Below are positions 14,924 through 25,909 of a DNA stretch of 64,000 bases, piece by piece. The notes beneath the pieces are model-generated. The model did not search any database, was not told where the DNA came from, and worked only from the letters and a program-made list of their open reading frames with translations. The DNA is taken from assembly GCA_036009045.1 (NCBI GenBank), contig DASYML010000035.1, positions 1,066 to 65,065 on the forward strand, given 5' to 3'. How positions within the stretch are numbered: position 1 is the stretch's first letter; each line of letters starts with the position of its first letter. Made by a program: the position numbers and the translations under genes. This DNA comes from Pyrinomonadaceae bacterium. Lineage in GTDB: Bacteria > Acidobacteriota > Blastocatellia > Pyrinomonadales > Pyrinomonadaceae.

Positions 14924-17230
14924 TTATCGGACTTCAAAGAATTCGATAGAGGAAAGTTTCCAGGCCCCGTTCGTGCGCGCGAGCATGAGGACAGCCGTCC
15001 CCGCCTGGTCGCGGCCAAACTCCCTTGTGTTGAGGCTCACGTCTACGGCGAGGCGGTTGGCGTCCAACAGTTCGGTACGCAGGACGCGCGTCTGCCATAA
15101 CTCAGGCTGGCTTCCGACGATGCCCTGCACGAAACGGCTCAACTCGCCGGGCACGATGAGAGATTCCATCTCCGTCTTTTTGCCGCTCTTGACCGCCGCA
15201 TCGAATTGGCCTACGAAACTCTTGGCCGCTTCGTCTATGGCAGGGGCCGCGCCCGCCTTGGCTTCCGCGTTGATGCGACCGGCACGCGCGGCGACCGTCG
15301 AAGCGTACTCTGCATCCGCGCGCACGGCTTCGTTAAAGCGTCGCGCGGCTTCCGCTGCCTGCCCTTTGCGTAAGGCCACCTCGCCGAGACCTATGTTGGC
15401 CCAGGCGAGCGCGGCTGGCGTCGGCGCACGCTCTTCCAGGGTCGCGCGAAACTCCTTCTCCGCCTCGTCCACTTTGTTCCCTGCAAGCAGAGAGCGCGCG
15501 AGCAGGATGCGTGCCTCCTGCATGTGCGGCGAGATGGCTAGTTGTTCGCGCGCGAGGCTCTCCGCCTGTGCGTATTGCTGGCCCGCGTAGAGACGCGTCG
15601 CTTCGGCGAGCGCATCGTCGCTCTGGCGCGTGCGCGGCGCGATGTCGTTGGCGTAATCAAGTTGTGGATAGAGTTTGTCAGGATCAATCTCGACGCGCGA
15701 GATGCGCGCCTGTGTGTTGAAGACGGCCTCCGCGAAATTGCGCGCGGGGATGGTCGTGTCAACCGTTAAGCGTTCTCCGCTGGCGGTCGTCGCCGCGACC
15801 GTCACAGAGGCATCCACGGAACCCAGGTTGCGCAGCGCGGAGACCCACTGCGCGCCGCGTTGTTGCGGGACGCCCACCAGCAGGTCCATATCCGTCGGCT
15901 GGTCCAATTCATGGTCCAGGATGGCCTTGACGGGCGCGCCTCCACGCTCTACGAGCGCGGCCCTGAGCGCGGCGAGCGTGAGCCCTGTCGGAGTTCCCTT
16001 CCCGTTTTGGAGCGAGGCGCGGACGATGGTGTGGAAAGCGTCACGACCGAGGGCGCGTTCCAAGATGCGCCAGACCATCGCGCCCTTGTTGGCGACCGAA
16101 CCGAAGTATGTATCATCGAGCGGCGTCGCCAGCGAGAGAGGTGCATCGCGTTTGGAGATCGCGACGTAAGCGGTGCGCTGGCGCATGCGCTCCGCGTCAG
16201 CCGTCTCGCGCCCGAACTGTTTCTCAAGAAAGAGATTGGCGAGATACCTTGTCAGTCCCTCGCGTATGACGCCGAAGCCTTCGCCGCGCACGGAGGTCTG
16301 TCCGCCGATCCACAAACGCGCGACGGATTCGGCGATGAGCAGGGCCGTCGTCGAATCAATCCTGGTCCGGCGAAAGACCGCGCTATCGAGCAGGACCGTG
16401 CCCGCGTCGTTGAAGCCCGCGCCGCGCGTCACGGAGACCAGATGGATCGGAGCGTCCGGCGCTGGGCCAAGCAGGCCCGCGTAAAACGAACGCGCCGCGC
16501 CCGCCAGGCTCATCAAAGCTTCGGCCTCCTTACGCTCTTCCGCGCCGGAGCCTTTCGGCAACCACGTCTGAACTCCGCCAGCTTCGCCCGCGCCCTCCAC
16601 CCGCTCCCAATCGCCCGTCACAAAGAAAGGCTGGGCGTTGAGCGATTGCTCGAACATGCTGGAGAGACTGCGCATCTTATGCTCGACGCCGGATGAGACG
16701 GCGATCTCTCCATCCAATCTCAGGTTAAAGGGAGCAACGTCCGCGCCGCGCAGGGCGAACGGCGTGTTGGGCGCTGGATACCAGAAGGAGAGGGGCAGGA
16801 AGAGATTCCCGTTGGGCGAGATGGCGGCGAGGCTCGAATTGTCCGTCAGGGGCAGGCGATAGGCGACCGTCACTCTGGCCGTCGCATCCGGCGCGACGGA
16901 GCCTGGGATTCTGATAATCAAGCGCTGTAAATTGCCTCTCGGCTCCGGCTGCGAGGTGAAGGTGGTCGCCGCATCGTTGACCTTCACGGACTTAATCTCT
17001 GCCTTCGGATTGATGCGCACGGTAATGCTTGAGCCTGCCCCGCGACCAACGTTGCGGACGTTGAGTTCGGCGCTCGCGTTCAAGGCGCGCTCGTTGGCGG
17101 ACACGTCAGCACTAATGTTGAAACTGGCGACCTGCCACGCGGCGCGCGGTTCATCCTGCGCCCGCGCGACATGAGGCGTGTAAACTAAAACGAGCAGACA
17201 GAAGGCTAGAAAGCAACTAAAGAATTTCAT
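14924..17230 (-). CDS. Secreted M1-aminopeptidase-like protein lacking the zinc motif, with C-terminal TPR and NTF2-like regions
   Basis: Signal peptide. M1-like beta N-domain. GAGFND in place of GAMEN and IAESVARLWIG in place of HExxHxW. REGLTRY retained. TPR-like helices near the C-terminus. Confidence 0.7.
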   Translation of the reverse strand: MKFFSCFLAFCLLVLVYTPHVARAQDEPRAAWQVASFNISADVSANERALNASAELNVRNVGRGAGSSITVRINPKAEIKSVKVNDAATTFTSQPEPRGNLQRLIIRIPGSVAPDATARVTVAYRLPLTDNSSLAAISPNGNLFLPLSFWYPAPNTPFALRGADVAPFNLRLDGEIAVSSGVEHKMRSLSSMFEQSLNAQPFFVTGDWERVEGAGEAGGVQTWLPKGSGAEERKEAEALMSLAGAARSFYAGLLGPAPDAPIHLVSVTRGAGFNDAGTVLLDSAVFRRTRIDSTTALLIAESVARLWIGGQTSVRGEGFGVIREGLTRYLANLFLEKQFGRETADAERMRQRTAYVAISKRDAPLSLATPLDDTYFGSVANKGAMVWRILERALGRDAFHTIVRASLQNGKGTPTGLTLAALRAALVERGGAPVKAILDHELDQPTDMDLLVGVPQQRGAQWVSALRNLGSVDASVTVAATTASGERLTVDTTIPARNFAEAVFNTQARISRVEIDPDKLYPQLDYANDIAPRTRQSDDALAEATRLYAGQQYAQAESLAREQLAISPHMQEARILLARSLLAGNKVDEAEKEFRATLEERAPTPAALAWANIGLGEVALRKGQAAEAARRFNEAVRADAEYASTVAARAGRINAEAKAGAAPAIDEAAKSFVGQFDAAVKSGKKTEMESLIVPGELSRFVQGIVGSQPELWQTRVLRTELLDANRLAVDVSLNTREFGRDQAGTAVLMLARTNGAWKLSSIEFFEVR

Positions 17231-17259
17231 AGATCGTAGAATTAATTTTGGTGGCAGGC

Positions 17260-17733
17260 TTATCCCTGAGATTTACCGTTGCGGCCCTCGTTGATGTAAC
17301 GCTCGACAGTTGTGATCAACCGGCCCAATTTCTCATCAGTCTGTTTGTCGGCCTCCGCCAGCGAATCCATGCGCTCATCCATGTCCCTAGTTAATTGGAC
17401 CAGTATACTGAAAGATTCTTCTAAGCGGTTGGTGCGTGATTGATAGTTCAGTTGCTCCTTCGCTAACAGAGCTAGATATTCGTCCGTGCTTGATTGCGCC
17501 TCTCTTAATAATGCCAGACGCTCGTCCGTAGTATCCAGACGCTTTTCCGTCTTATCCGCACGCTCATCCATGTTCCTGATAACCTGGACCAGCATGCCGA
17601 GGGTTTCTTCCAACTGGCCGGAGCGTGATTGATAGCTCAATTGCGACTCCGCCAGCTTATCAACCTTGATCGTCAACTGTGCCTGCTGTTCGAGGATGAA
17701 CTGGACAGTATTTTGCATCTCTTCGCTTGTCAT
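17260..17733 (-). CDS. Coiled-coil protein with internal duplication, unknown function
   Basis: Two units of about 55 aa: LSYQSRSGQLEETLGMLVQVIRNMDERADKTEKRLD and LNYQSRTNRLEESFSILVQLTRDMDERMDSLAEADK. Confidence 0.6.
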   Translation of the reverse strand: MTSEEMQNTVQFILEQQAQLTIKVDKLAESQLSYQSRSGQLEETLGMLVQVIRNMDERADKTEKRLDTTDERLALLREAQSSTDEYLALLAKEQLNYQSRTNRLEESFSILVQLTRDMDERMDSLAEADKQTDEKLGRLITTVERYINEGRNGKSQG

Positions 17734-17807
17734 TGGCTCAAACCTTTCAAGACCAAATGATGGTCTCTGTTTAAGACGCTTGACGGCTTGACGGATTGTA
17801 ACACCTT

Positions 17808-18641
17808 TTAATTAACCAGCGCGTGTATGTCTCGCAGCATCTTGAGCAGCGGTGCGAGGCGGGCGAGCGGGAGCATGTTGGGGCCATCGGAGGGAGCCTG
17901 TTCCGGCCTCTCATGGACTTCCATAAAGACCGCGTCAACGCCCGTTGCGACGCCCGCGCGCGCCAGCGGTTCGATGTACTGCGGTTGCCCGCCCGTGGCA
18001 TGGCCGAGCCCGCCGGGCAGTTGCAGCGAGTGCGTGACATCAAAGACGACGGGCGCGCCGTACTCTCTCATAATCGGAAAAGCGCGCATGTCAACCACCA
18101 GATTGTTGTAGCCGAAACTCACGCCGCGTTCCGTCAGGAGCAGCTTTTCGCAACCGGCGGCCCGCGCCTTCAACACGATATTGCGCGTATCCTCAGGCGC
18201 TAGAAACTGTCCCTTCTTGACGTTGACGGCGCGGCCCGAACCGGCTGCCTCCGCGATTAAATCGGTCTGGCGACAGAGGAACGCGGGAATCTGTAGGATG
18301 TCCACGACTTCCGAGACCGCTTTGACCTGCGACACGTCATGGATGTCTGTCAGGACGGGGACACAGACTTCATCGCGGACGCGTTTGAGGACATCCAGAC
18401 CGGCGCGCATGCCGAGTCCGCGAAAGCTCTCTATGGATGAGCGATTGGCTTTGTCGAATGATGATTTATAGACGAAGTCGAGTCCCGCGTCGCGCGCCCT
18501 CGCGGCACACTCGCGCGCCATCATGAGCGCATGTTCGGCTGATTCGATGACGCACGGACCGGCAATCAAAGTCAGCCTTCCATCACCAAAAGTCGCGTTC
18601 CCGACGCTGAAAGATTTAACCTGCGTTTGTTCTGTCGTCAT
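17808..18641 (-). CDS. kdsA: 2-dehydro-3-deoxyphosphooctonate aldolase (Kdo8P synthase)
   Basis: Full-length 277 aa with [14 protein letters not shown] and FDVTHSLQ blocks. Confidence 0.9.
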   Translation of the reverse strand: MTTEQTQVKSFSVGNATFGDGRLTLIAGPCVIESAEHALMMARECAARARDAGLDFVYKSSFDKANRSSIESFRGLGMRAGLDVLKRVRDEVCVPVLTDIHDVSQVKAVSEVVDILQIPAFLCRQTDLIAEAAGSGRAVNVKKGQFLAPEDTRNIVLKARAAGCEKLLLTERGVSFGYNNLVVDMRAFPIMREYGAPVVFDVTHSLQLPGGLGHATGGQPQYIEPLARAGVATGVDAVFMEVHERPEQAPSDGPNMLPLARLAPLLKMLRDIHALVN

Positions 18642-18644
18642 ATT

Positions 18645-18727
18645 TCAGTTTTGAGTTTAGAGTCTACAGTTTTCAGTTTTCAGAAAAAAACAACCTGTCT
18701 TTGCTCAAAACTGTAAACTGCTCTAAA
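18645..18727. repeat. Heptamer-periodic hairpin (CAGTTTT/GAGTTTA units)
   Basis: cagtttt gagttta gagtcta cagtttt cagtttt ... ctcaaaactgtaaactgctctaaa. Lies between the Ser/Thr kinase stop and the kdsA start. Confidence 0.7.
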
Positions 18728-20525
18728 AAGGATTCTTGAATATCTTCTTCAAAGTATTTTTGACCTTACCCATCGCCGAAGGCCCCTTCGGCTTCGGGCG
18801 CGGTGCGGTCCTGCGTGTGGGTCTCGCATCGCGCTCAGGCTCGCGGCGTCTGCTAGTCTCTCTCTCCTCCGCCTGAGAGGCTTCGGCGGATGGAGACGGC
18901 GTGGGCGAACCGGCGGGGGTCGGAGAGTTGAGCGTCTCCGCCCGTGCGCCAGCGTTTCTCGTAGACGCTTTATCGCCCGCCGAGCGAAGCGCCACGACCC
19001 CGACGATTAAGGTCAGAAAGGCCAGGCCGGTAACTACTAACACAGTGGGTTGTCTGGCCCAGTATCGCCAGTCGTGTTTCTGGTCCAGATTGATGCTGAT
19101 GCGGGAAACAGTGCCCTGATCGGCCTGAGGCTGCGGAGCAGCGGCAAGACCCGCGACATCAGCAGAAGCGTACGAATTAGTGTCGGCGGCAGTGTTGGCG
19201 GAAGTGCTGGCCGCGACGGAGGCGGCGGCGCTACTGGCTGAAGAGCTTTCGTTGAGTGAAGACCCGTCGGGGATAATGCCTGAAGAGACTTCAGCGACGT
19301 TGCTCGCGTGCTGGTCCTGTATCGCTGGCGGCGGTGGCGTTCCTATCGCTGGCGTTGATGGCGCTCCGTCATCCGCCACGGTATGGAGCATGGTCGTATC
19401 GCGCGTCTCGCTCTTGACGGCGGCGGCGCGGCTTTCGCGCAAACGCTCTATGTCTATCACGAGGCGTCCCGAAGGAGTCTCTGTTCCGGCGCTCCGCAAC
19501 GACTCTATAGAGGGAGCGCCGTAGCTGCCCGCGTGTTCGAGGCCGAGACGTTCGGCGGTCGCGTAAAGTTCGCGGCGAAATGCTCCCGCGTCCTGCGGCC
19601 TGTCGTCCGGCTTCTTTTCCAGCGCGTGTAAAATAATTTCTTCCAGCGCGGGCGGAATCGAGTGGACCAATTCGCGCGGCGGCCTGGGCGCTTCGGTCGA
19701 ATGTTTGAGGGCGACTGCGAGCGGCGACGTGCCCGTGAAGGGCGTCACGCTCGTCAACATCTCGTAGAGAATAATTCCGAGGCTGTAGACATCTGCGGCG
19801 GGCGTGAGTTTGGCCCCGTCGCATTGTTCCGGGGACATATAACGCGGCGTGCCTATCATGACGCCGACCTGCGTCAGGGTTTGATGGTCGTCGTCAAGCG
19901 CTTCAGCCGCGAGTTTAGCGATGCCGAAGTCCAGGACCTTGACGACGGCGGGCGCGTGCGGGCGTTGCACTATAAAAATGTTGGCGGGCTTCAAGTCTCT
20001 GTGAATGATTCCGGCCTCGTGCGCCGCCGCGACCGCTGCGGAGACTTGCAGCATCATGGAGACGGCGCGGGCAGTATCCAGAGGAGCCTCGCGCGCGAGC
20101 ACTTCGCGCAGCGTCACTCCTTCCAAGAGTTCCATGACGATGTAAACGTACCCGTCTTCGGCCTGACCGAAGTCCGTGACGGCGACGGCGTTGGTGTGTT
20201 GGAGGCGACCTGCGGCACGCGCTTCCCTGCGAAAGCGTGCCTGCGCGGCCTCGTCTTCAACGAAGCGCGGGTTGAGCACCTTGACCGCCACGGGCCTATC
20301 AATGAGGAGGTGAGTGGCGCGATAGACAGTGCCCATCCCGCCGACTCCGAGGCGTTCGTCCAGCCTGTACTTGTCATCAAACGTGCGCCCGATGAGCGGG
20401 TCCACAGGCAGGGCGACCGCGACGGTGGAATCCGCCTGCAAGGGCGTCCCGTCTTCGGGACACTCTTGCAGGTCGTTCGCGTAACGCAGCCCGCATGTGG
20501 GACATTGAAGCATAAAAAATTTCAC
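18723..20525 (-). CDS. Ser/Thr protein kinase with N-terminal zinc ribbon and C-terminal TM anchor
   Basis: CPTCGLRY...CPEDG. GMGTVYRA...VAVK, HRDLKPANI, DFGIAK. TM segment PTVLVVTGLAFLTLIVGVVAL. Confidence 0.9.
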   Translation of the reverse strand: MKFFMLQCPTCGLRYANDLQECPEDGTPLQADSTVAVALPVDPLIGRTFDDKYRLDERLGVGGMGTVYRATHLLIDRPVAVKVLNPRFVEDEAAQARFRREARAAGRLQHTNAVAVTDFGQAEDGYVYIVMELLEGVTLREVLAREAPLDTARAVSMMLQVSAAVAAAHEAGIIHRDLKPANIFIVQRPHAPAVVKVLDFGIAKLAAEALDDDHQTLTQVGVMIGTPRYMSPEQCDGAKLTPAADVYSLGIILYEMLTSVTPFTGTSPLAVALKHSTEAPRPPRELVHSIPPALEEIILHALEKKPDDRPQDAGAFRRELYATAERLGLEHAGSYGAPSIESLRSAGTETPSGRLVIDIERLRESRAAAVKSETRDTTMLHTVADDGAPSTPAIGTPPPPAIQDQHASNVAEVSSGIIPDGSSLNESSSASSAAASVAASTSANTAADTNSYASADVAGLAAAPQPQADQGTVSRISINLDQKHDWRYWARQPTVLVVTGLAFLTLIVGVVALRSAGDKASTRNAGARAETLNSPTPAGSPTPSPSAEASQAEERETSRRREPERDARPTRRTAPRPKPKGPSAMGKVKNTLKKIFKNPF

Positions 20526-20549
20526 ACGGCGCGTCGGGCGCAGCCAGGG

Positions 20550-21137
20550 CTAAACATCCTTTGATTGACTCAACGTTAGTATATACGGTGAGGAGTCCGC
20601 GCGGAACTCCGCGCGAGTGATAAAGTATGAAACCACATCCGTATCTTGATGACGAACTTCCTTTTCATACCTCATCCCGGCCTTCTCCATGACCCTGTGC
20701 GAGCCGACGTTGGCGTGTTCGGCGATGGCGACGATGCGCTCCAGCGTCGTTTCTTCAAAGGCAAATCTGAGACAAGCCTTCGCGGCTTCCGTGACCAGCC
20801 CCTGGTTCCAGCGCTCGCGCGCCAGCCCGTAAAATAGCTCGACTTCGCACGTCTCATCCAAAAACGTAAAACCGCAGTAGCCGACTAATCTTCCAGCCTC
20901 TTTGTGGACCAGGGCGAACTGTCCGAAGCCGTGCGCGTCCCAAAATTCGCGGCTCCGCTTGAGAAATATCTCGACGCGCTCGCGCGGCATGGGTTTGCCG
21001 CCGTTGAGATACCTCGTCACCAGCGTGTCGCCCAAGATACGAGACACCTCGTCAAGGTCTTGCGGCCTGAACAGGCGCAGGAGCAACCTCTCCGTCTCAA
21101 TCTCTATCTCGCGTCGGGCCATTTTTGGACCACTCAT
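20550..21137 (-). CDS. GNAT family N-acetyltransferase (RimJ/RimL-like)
   Basis: TERLLLRLFRPQDL...GFGQFALV...WNQGLVTEAAKA pattern. Alternative start at ATG 21122. Confidence 0.8.
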   Translation of the reverse strand: MSGPKMARREIEIETERLLLRLFRPQDLDEVSRILGDTLVTRYLNGGKPMPRERVEIFLKRSREFWDAHGFGQFALVHKEAGRLVGYCGFTFLDETCEVELFYGLARERWNQGLVTEAAKACLRFAFEETTLERIVAIAEHANVGSHRVMEKAGMRYEKEVRHQDTDVVSYFITRAEFRADSSPYILTLSQSKDV

Positions 21138-21145
21138 TTAATTAT

Positions 21146-22888
<1,743 letters not shown>

Positions 22889-22924
22889 TCAGGAAGCAAA
22901 GCTGATGTAGTTAAACTGATAAAG

Positions 22925-23269
22925 TTAAGGCTCAACCTTATTCACTTCATCTTTAATTCCTTCATCATTCGTCCCTGCGCCGTCTTTACCAACATCGTTT
23001 TTATCATCACCATCGCCGGATTCCTGCTGGTCGTGGTAATGGCCCGCGCGCAAATCATTTTGCACGGCGACGGCCTTCTCGGCTGCGGGGTCCAGAATCT
23101 TCTGCAAGCCCATCGCGCCGCCGCTCAGCAGCCCCTTACCGATGCTCTCCCTGAGACGCTCCTCATACTCTTCCTGCGTCAACTCGCGCGGCTGGTTGGC
23201 GCGCATCAGCCAGTACAGCCCGCCCCCCACAATCAATACAATCACACCTAAGCCAATCCAGTCATTCAT
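22925..23269 (-). CDS. Small membrane protein with acidic C-terminal tail, unknown function
   Basis: N-terminal TM WIGLGVIVLIVGGGLYWL. C-terminus rich in D, E and G. Confidence 0.5.
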   Translation of the reverse strand: MNDWIGLGVIVLIVGGGLYWLMRANQPRELTQEEYEERLRESIGKGLLSGGAMGLQKILDPAAEKAVAVQNDLRAGHYHDQQESGDGDDKNDVGKDGAGTNDEGIKDEVNKVEP

Positions 23270-23276
23270 ATTAACT

Positions 23277-23356
23277 CAGTGACAAGTGACAGGTGACGAG
23301 TAAGAAGAAGATGTTGTTGTTTTAACTTGTCACTCGTCACCTGTCACTTGTCACTG
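23277..23356. repeat. Heptamer-periodic hairpin (NNGTGAC units)
   Basis: cagtgac aagtgac aggtgac gag ... ctcgtcac ctgtcac ttgtcac tg. The right arm encodes the last codons and the stop of kdsB. Confidence 0.8.
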
Positions 23357-24164
23357 CTCCAAAAATTCCCCGCACGCGTTCTAAATCTTCCGGCGTATCA
23401 ACGCCGATGGAGGGCGTGTCGGCCGGGACGACTCTGATGATGGCCCCGTGTTCGAGCGCGCGCAGTTGTTCGAGCGCTTCCGTGCGTTCAAGCGTTGATG
23501 TAGGCCAACTCGAATATTCTAACAAAAAGCCGCGACGATAGGCATAAAGCCCCGTGTGCTTGCGAAAGAGCGCGAGCAGCGCAGGCTCTTCCGCGAGCGC
23601 CCGCTCAAGCGTCCCGTATTTGTTGACGGCCTCGCGCGGGAAAGGAATCGGCGCGCGTGAAAAATAGAGCGCCCGCCCGCTCTCGTCCATCAGGACTTTA
23701 ACCACGTCGGCGCTCAGGACATCCGCCGCGCGTGTGATGGGTTCGCAGGTGGTGACGATGCTGGCATCCGTCGAAAGGCTTAACTCTTCGACCGCTCTTT
23801 CAATCGTGCGCGGAGAGATGAGCGGTTCGTCTCCCTGCACGTTGACGATGATGCCCGCATCTTCGAGGGTGCGCGCGACTTCGGCCAGACGGTCACTCCC
23901 GCTCGCGTGGGTCCCGCTCGTCATGACCGCTTCGTAACCGGCATCCCTGACCGCTTTGAGGATGCGCCGGTCATCGGTCGCCACGATGGCGCGCGAGACG
24001 TTGCGTGCGGCGAGGGCGCGTTCGACGACATGCGTAATCATGGGTCGCCCGGCTATCTCGCACAGGGGTTTGCCCGGAAATCTGGTCGAATGGAAACGAG
24101 CGGGAATGATGGCGACAGCTATGGTTTGAGGCAGGGTTTGAGGATTTGCGCCCGTGTCATTCAC
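23337..24164 (-). CDS. kdsB: 3-deoxy-manno-octulosonate cytidylyltransferase (CMP-Kdo synthetase)
   Basis: IAVAIIPARFHSTRFPGKPL...NVQGDEPL motifs. GTG 24164 is proposed as the start, because the track ORF (to 24269) reads into a repeat hairpin. Confidence 0.85.
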   Translation of the reverse strand: MNDTGANPQTLPQTIAVAIIPARFHSTRFPGKPLCEIAGRPMITHVVERALAARNVSRAIVATDDRRILKAVRDAGYEAVMTSGTHASGSDRLAEVARTLEDAGIIVNVQGDEPLISPRTIERAVEELSLSTDASIVTTCEPITRAADVLSADVVKVLMDESGRALYFSRAPIPFPREAVNKYGTLERALAEEPALLALFRKHTGLYAYRRGFLLEYSSWPTSTLERTEALEQLRALEHGAIIRVVPADTPSIGVDTPEDLERVRGIFGAVTSDR

Positions 24165-24209
24165 GGGATAGCAGAATAGTCTCTGCGCTCGCCCCGTGTC
24201 AATGAAAAG

Positions 24210-24323
24210 CAGTGACGAGTGACGAGTGACTGGTGATGAGCAGGAAGTAGAATGAGGGAAAGAAAGCAACAGGCAAGAGGATGTCGTTTTAACTCGTCAC
24301 TCATCACTCGTCACTCGTCACTG
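24210..24323. repeat. Heptamer-periodic hairpin (NNGTGAC units)
   Basis: cagtgac gagtgac gagtgac tggtgat gag ... ctcgtcac tcatcac tcgtcac tcgtcac tg. Confidence 0.8.
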
Positions 24324-24335
24324 TTTTTCTTCCGT

Positions 24336-24365
24336 TTGACAGCGCCGCGTGCGCGCGTTTACCAT
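24336..24365 (+). promoter_or_regulatory. Sigma70-like promoter candidate
   Basis: TTGACA at 24336-24341, then a 17-18 nt spacer, then TTACCA/TACCAT at 24359-24365. Confidence 0.4.
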
Positions 24366-24650
24366 GCAGTCAATGTAAAGATTAATATGATAAAGCTCTT
24401 ACAGAGACATCATTTATCGCTGGTAATTAAACTTCATGCTGCCGGGCATCAGAGAGAAAATCATTAACCTCGCGGGTCAGACTCCGCCGCCGCCGCGCCT
24501 CGCGCGTTTCGCCAGACCGCCGCTCGCGCACCTGTGCGCCGGGCAACGCGGCCCCGGCGCACGCCGCTTAAAAATCTTCCACGTCTACACGGAACGCCAC
24601 ATGAGCCAGAGGCCATTCGACCAGTGATGTGACACGAGCGAGCAGCTTTC

Positions 24651-24676
24651 GACTCATGACTCATGACTCATGACTT
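24651..24676. repeat. Tandem heptamer (CTCATGA x3.5), self-complementary
   Basis: gactcatgactcatgactcatgactt, immediately upstream of the ATG at 24684. Confidence 0.7.
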
Positions 24677-24683
24677 AATTATT

Positions 24684-25823
24684 ATGGGATTTGCAACCAC
24701 AGCGATTCATGCGGGACAGGAGGCGGACCCGACGACGGGTTCTGTCACGGTCCCTATCTATCAAACTTCGACTTACCAGCAGGAGGGGCTGGGCAAGCAT
24801 AAAGGTTATGAGTACGCGCGGACGCAGAACCCTACGCGGTTTGCGCTCGAACGCAATATCGCGGCCCTCGAAGGAGCGCGTTTCGGTTACGCCTTCGCCT
24901 CCGGGATGGCGGCGATTGATGCGACCATGAGGCTCATCCGCGCGGGCGAGCACGTCATCGTCTCGGACAATACCTACGGCGGCACGTTTCGTCTCTTCGA
25001 CAAGATTCTCAAGAACTACAACATCGAGTTCGATTTTGTGGACACCTCCGACGTGACGAACGTGGAAGCGGCCATCAAACCGAACACCAAGATGGTCTTC
25101 ATAGAGACGCCGACCAACCCGGTCATGATCGTCACGGACATGCAAGCCGTCTCGGACGTGGCCCACGCGGCGGGCGCGCGCGTCGTCTGCGATAACACGT
25201 TTATGTCGCCTTACCTGCAACGTCCCCTTGAATTTGGTGTGGACATTGTGGTTCACTCCACGACGAAATATCTCAACGGGCATTCGGACGGCGTCGGCGG
25301 CGTCGTCGTCCTGAACGATGAGAAGGACGCGGAGTGGATAGCATTCGTGCAGAACGGCGTCGGCGCGATTCTCTCGCCCTTTGATTCATGGCTGGTCCTG
25401 CGCGGGACTAAAACCTTGGCCCTGCGGATGGAGCAGCATGACCGTTCGGGACGCGCCGTGGCGGCTTTTCTGGAAGAGCATCCGAAGGTCCATAAAATCT
25501 ATTATCCGGGTTCGCTCTCACACCGGCAGCACGATCTGGCGAAGCGCCAGCAGAGGGGTTTCGGCGGGATGATAGCCTTCGAGGTCGGGTCCTTAGAGGC
25601 TGCGCGGACGGTGCTTGAATCTGTTAAGCTATGCACCTTAGCCGAAAGTCTCGGCGGGGTGGAGACTTTGATTTCGCATCCGTTGACGATGACGCATGCC
25701 TCCGTCCTGCCCGAAACGCGCGCACGGCTCGGCATCACGGAAGGCTTAGTCCGCATCTCCGTCGGCATCGAAGACACGGACGACATCATCGCGGACCTGG
25801 ACCAGGCTCTCGGAAAAGTGTGA
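24684..25823 (+). CDS. PLP-dependent trans-sulfuration enzyme (cystathionine gamma-synthase/lyase family)
   Basis: TTAIHAGQ...YARTQNPT...HSTTKYLNGHSD (PLP Lys)...ESLGGVETL. Confidence 0.88.
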   Translation: MGFATTAIHAGQEADPTTGSVTVPIYQTSTYQQEGLGKHKGYEYARTQNPTRFALERNIAALEGARFGYAFASGMAAIDATMRLIRAGEHVIVSDNTYGGTFRLFDKILKNYNIEFDFVDTSDVTNVEAAIKPNTKMVFIETPTNPVMIVTDMQAVSDVAHAAGARVVCDNTFMSPYLQRPLEFGVDIVVHSTTKYLNGHSDGVGGVVVLNDEKDAEWIAFVQNGVGAILSPFDSWLVLRGTKTLALRMEQHDRSGRAVAAFLEEHPKVHKIYYPGSLSHRQHDLAKRQQRGFGGMIAFEVGSLEAARTVLESVKLCTLAESLGGVETLISHPLTMTHASVLPETRARLGITEGLVRISVGIEDTDDIIADLDQALGKV

Positions 25824-25902
25824 AAGTGACAAGTGACGAATGACAAGTTAAACTCTTGTCCAACGCTCTTGCTCGTCACTTATCACTTGTCGCTTATCAC
25901 TG
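25818..25902. repeat. Heptamer-periodic hairpin (NNGTGAC units)
   Basis: gtgaaagtgac aagtgac gaatgac ... ctcgtcac ttatcac ttgtcgc ttatcac tg. Overlaps the stop codon at 25821-25823. Confidence 0.75.
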
Positions 25903-25909
25903 TTCTCTT

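Noticed and set aside
24436-24627. 63-aa ORF inside the long leader
   Set aside because: No SD. Pro/Arg-rich translation of GC-rich hairpin sequence.
24366-24683. SAM-I (S-box) riboswitch upstream of the trans-sulfuration gene
   Set aside because: CTCTTACAGAGA and CAGAGAGAAAA vaguely recall the P1 arms. The GGGACTGGCCC / CCCGGCAACC core is missing. It is kept only as an unclassified leader.
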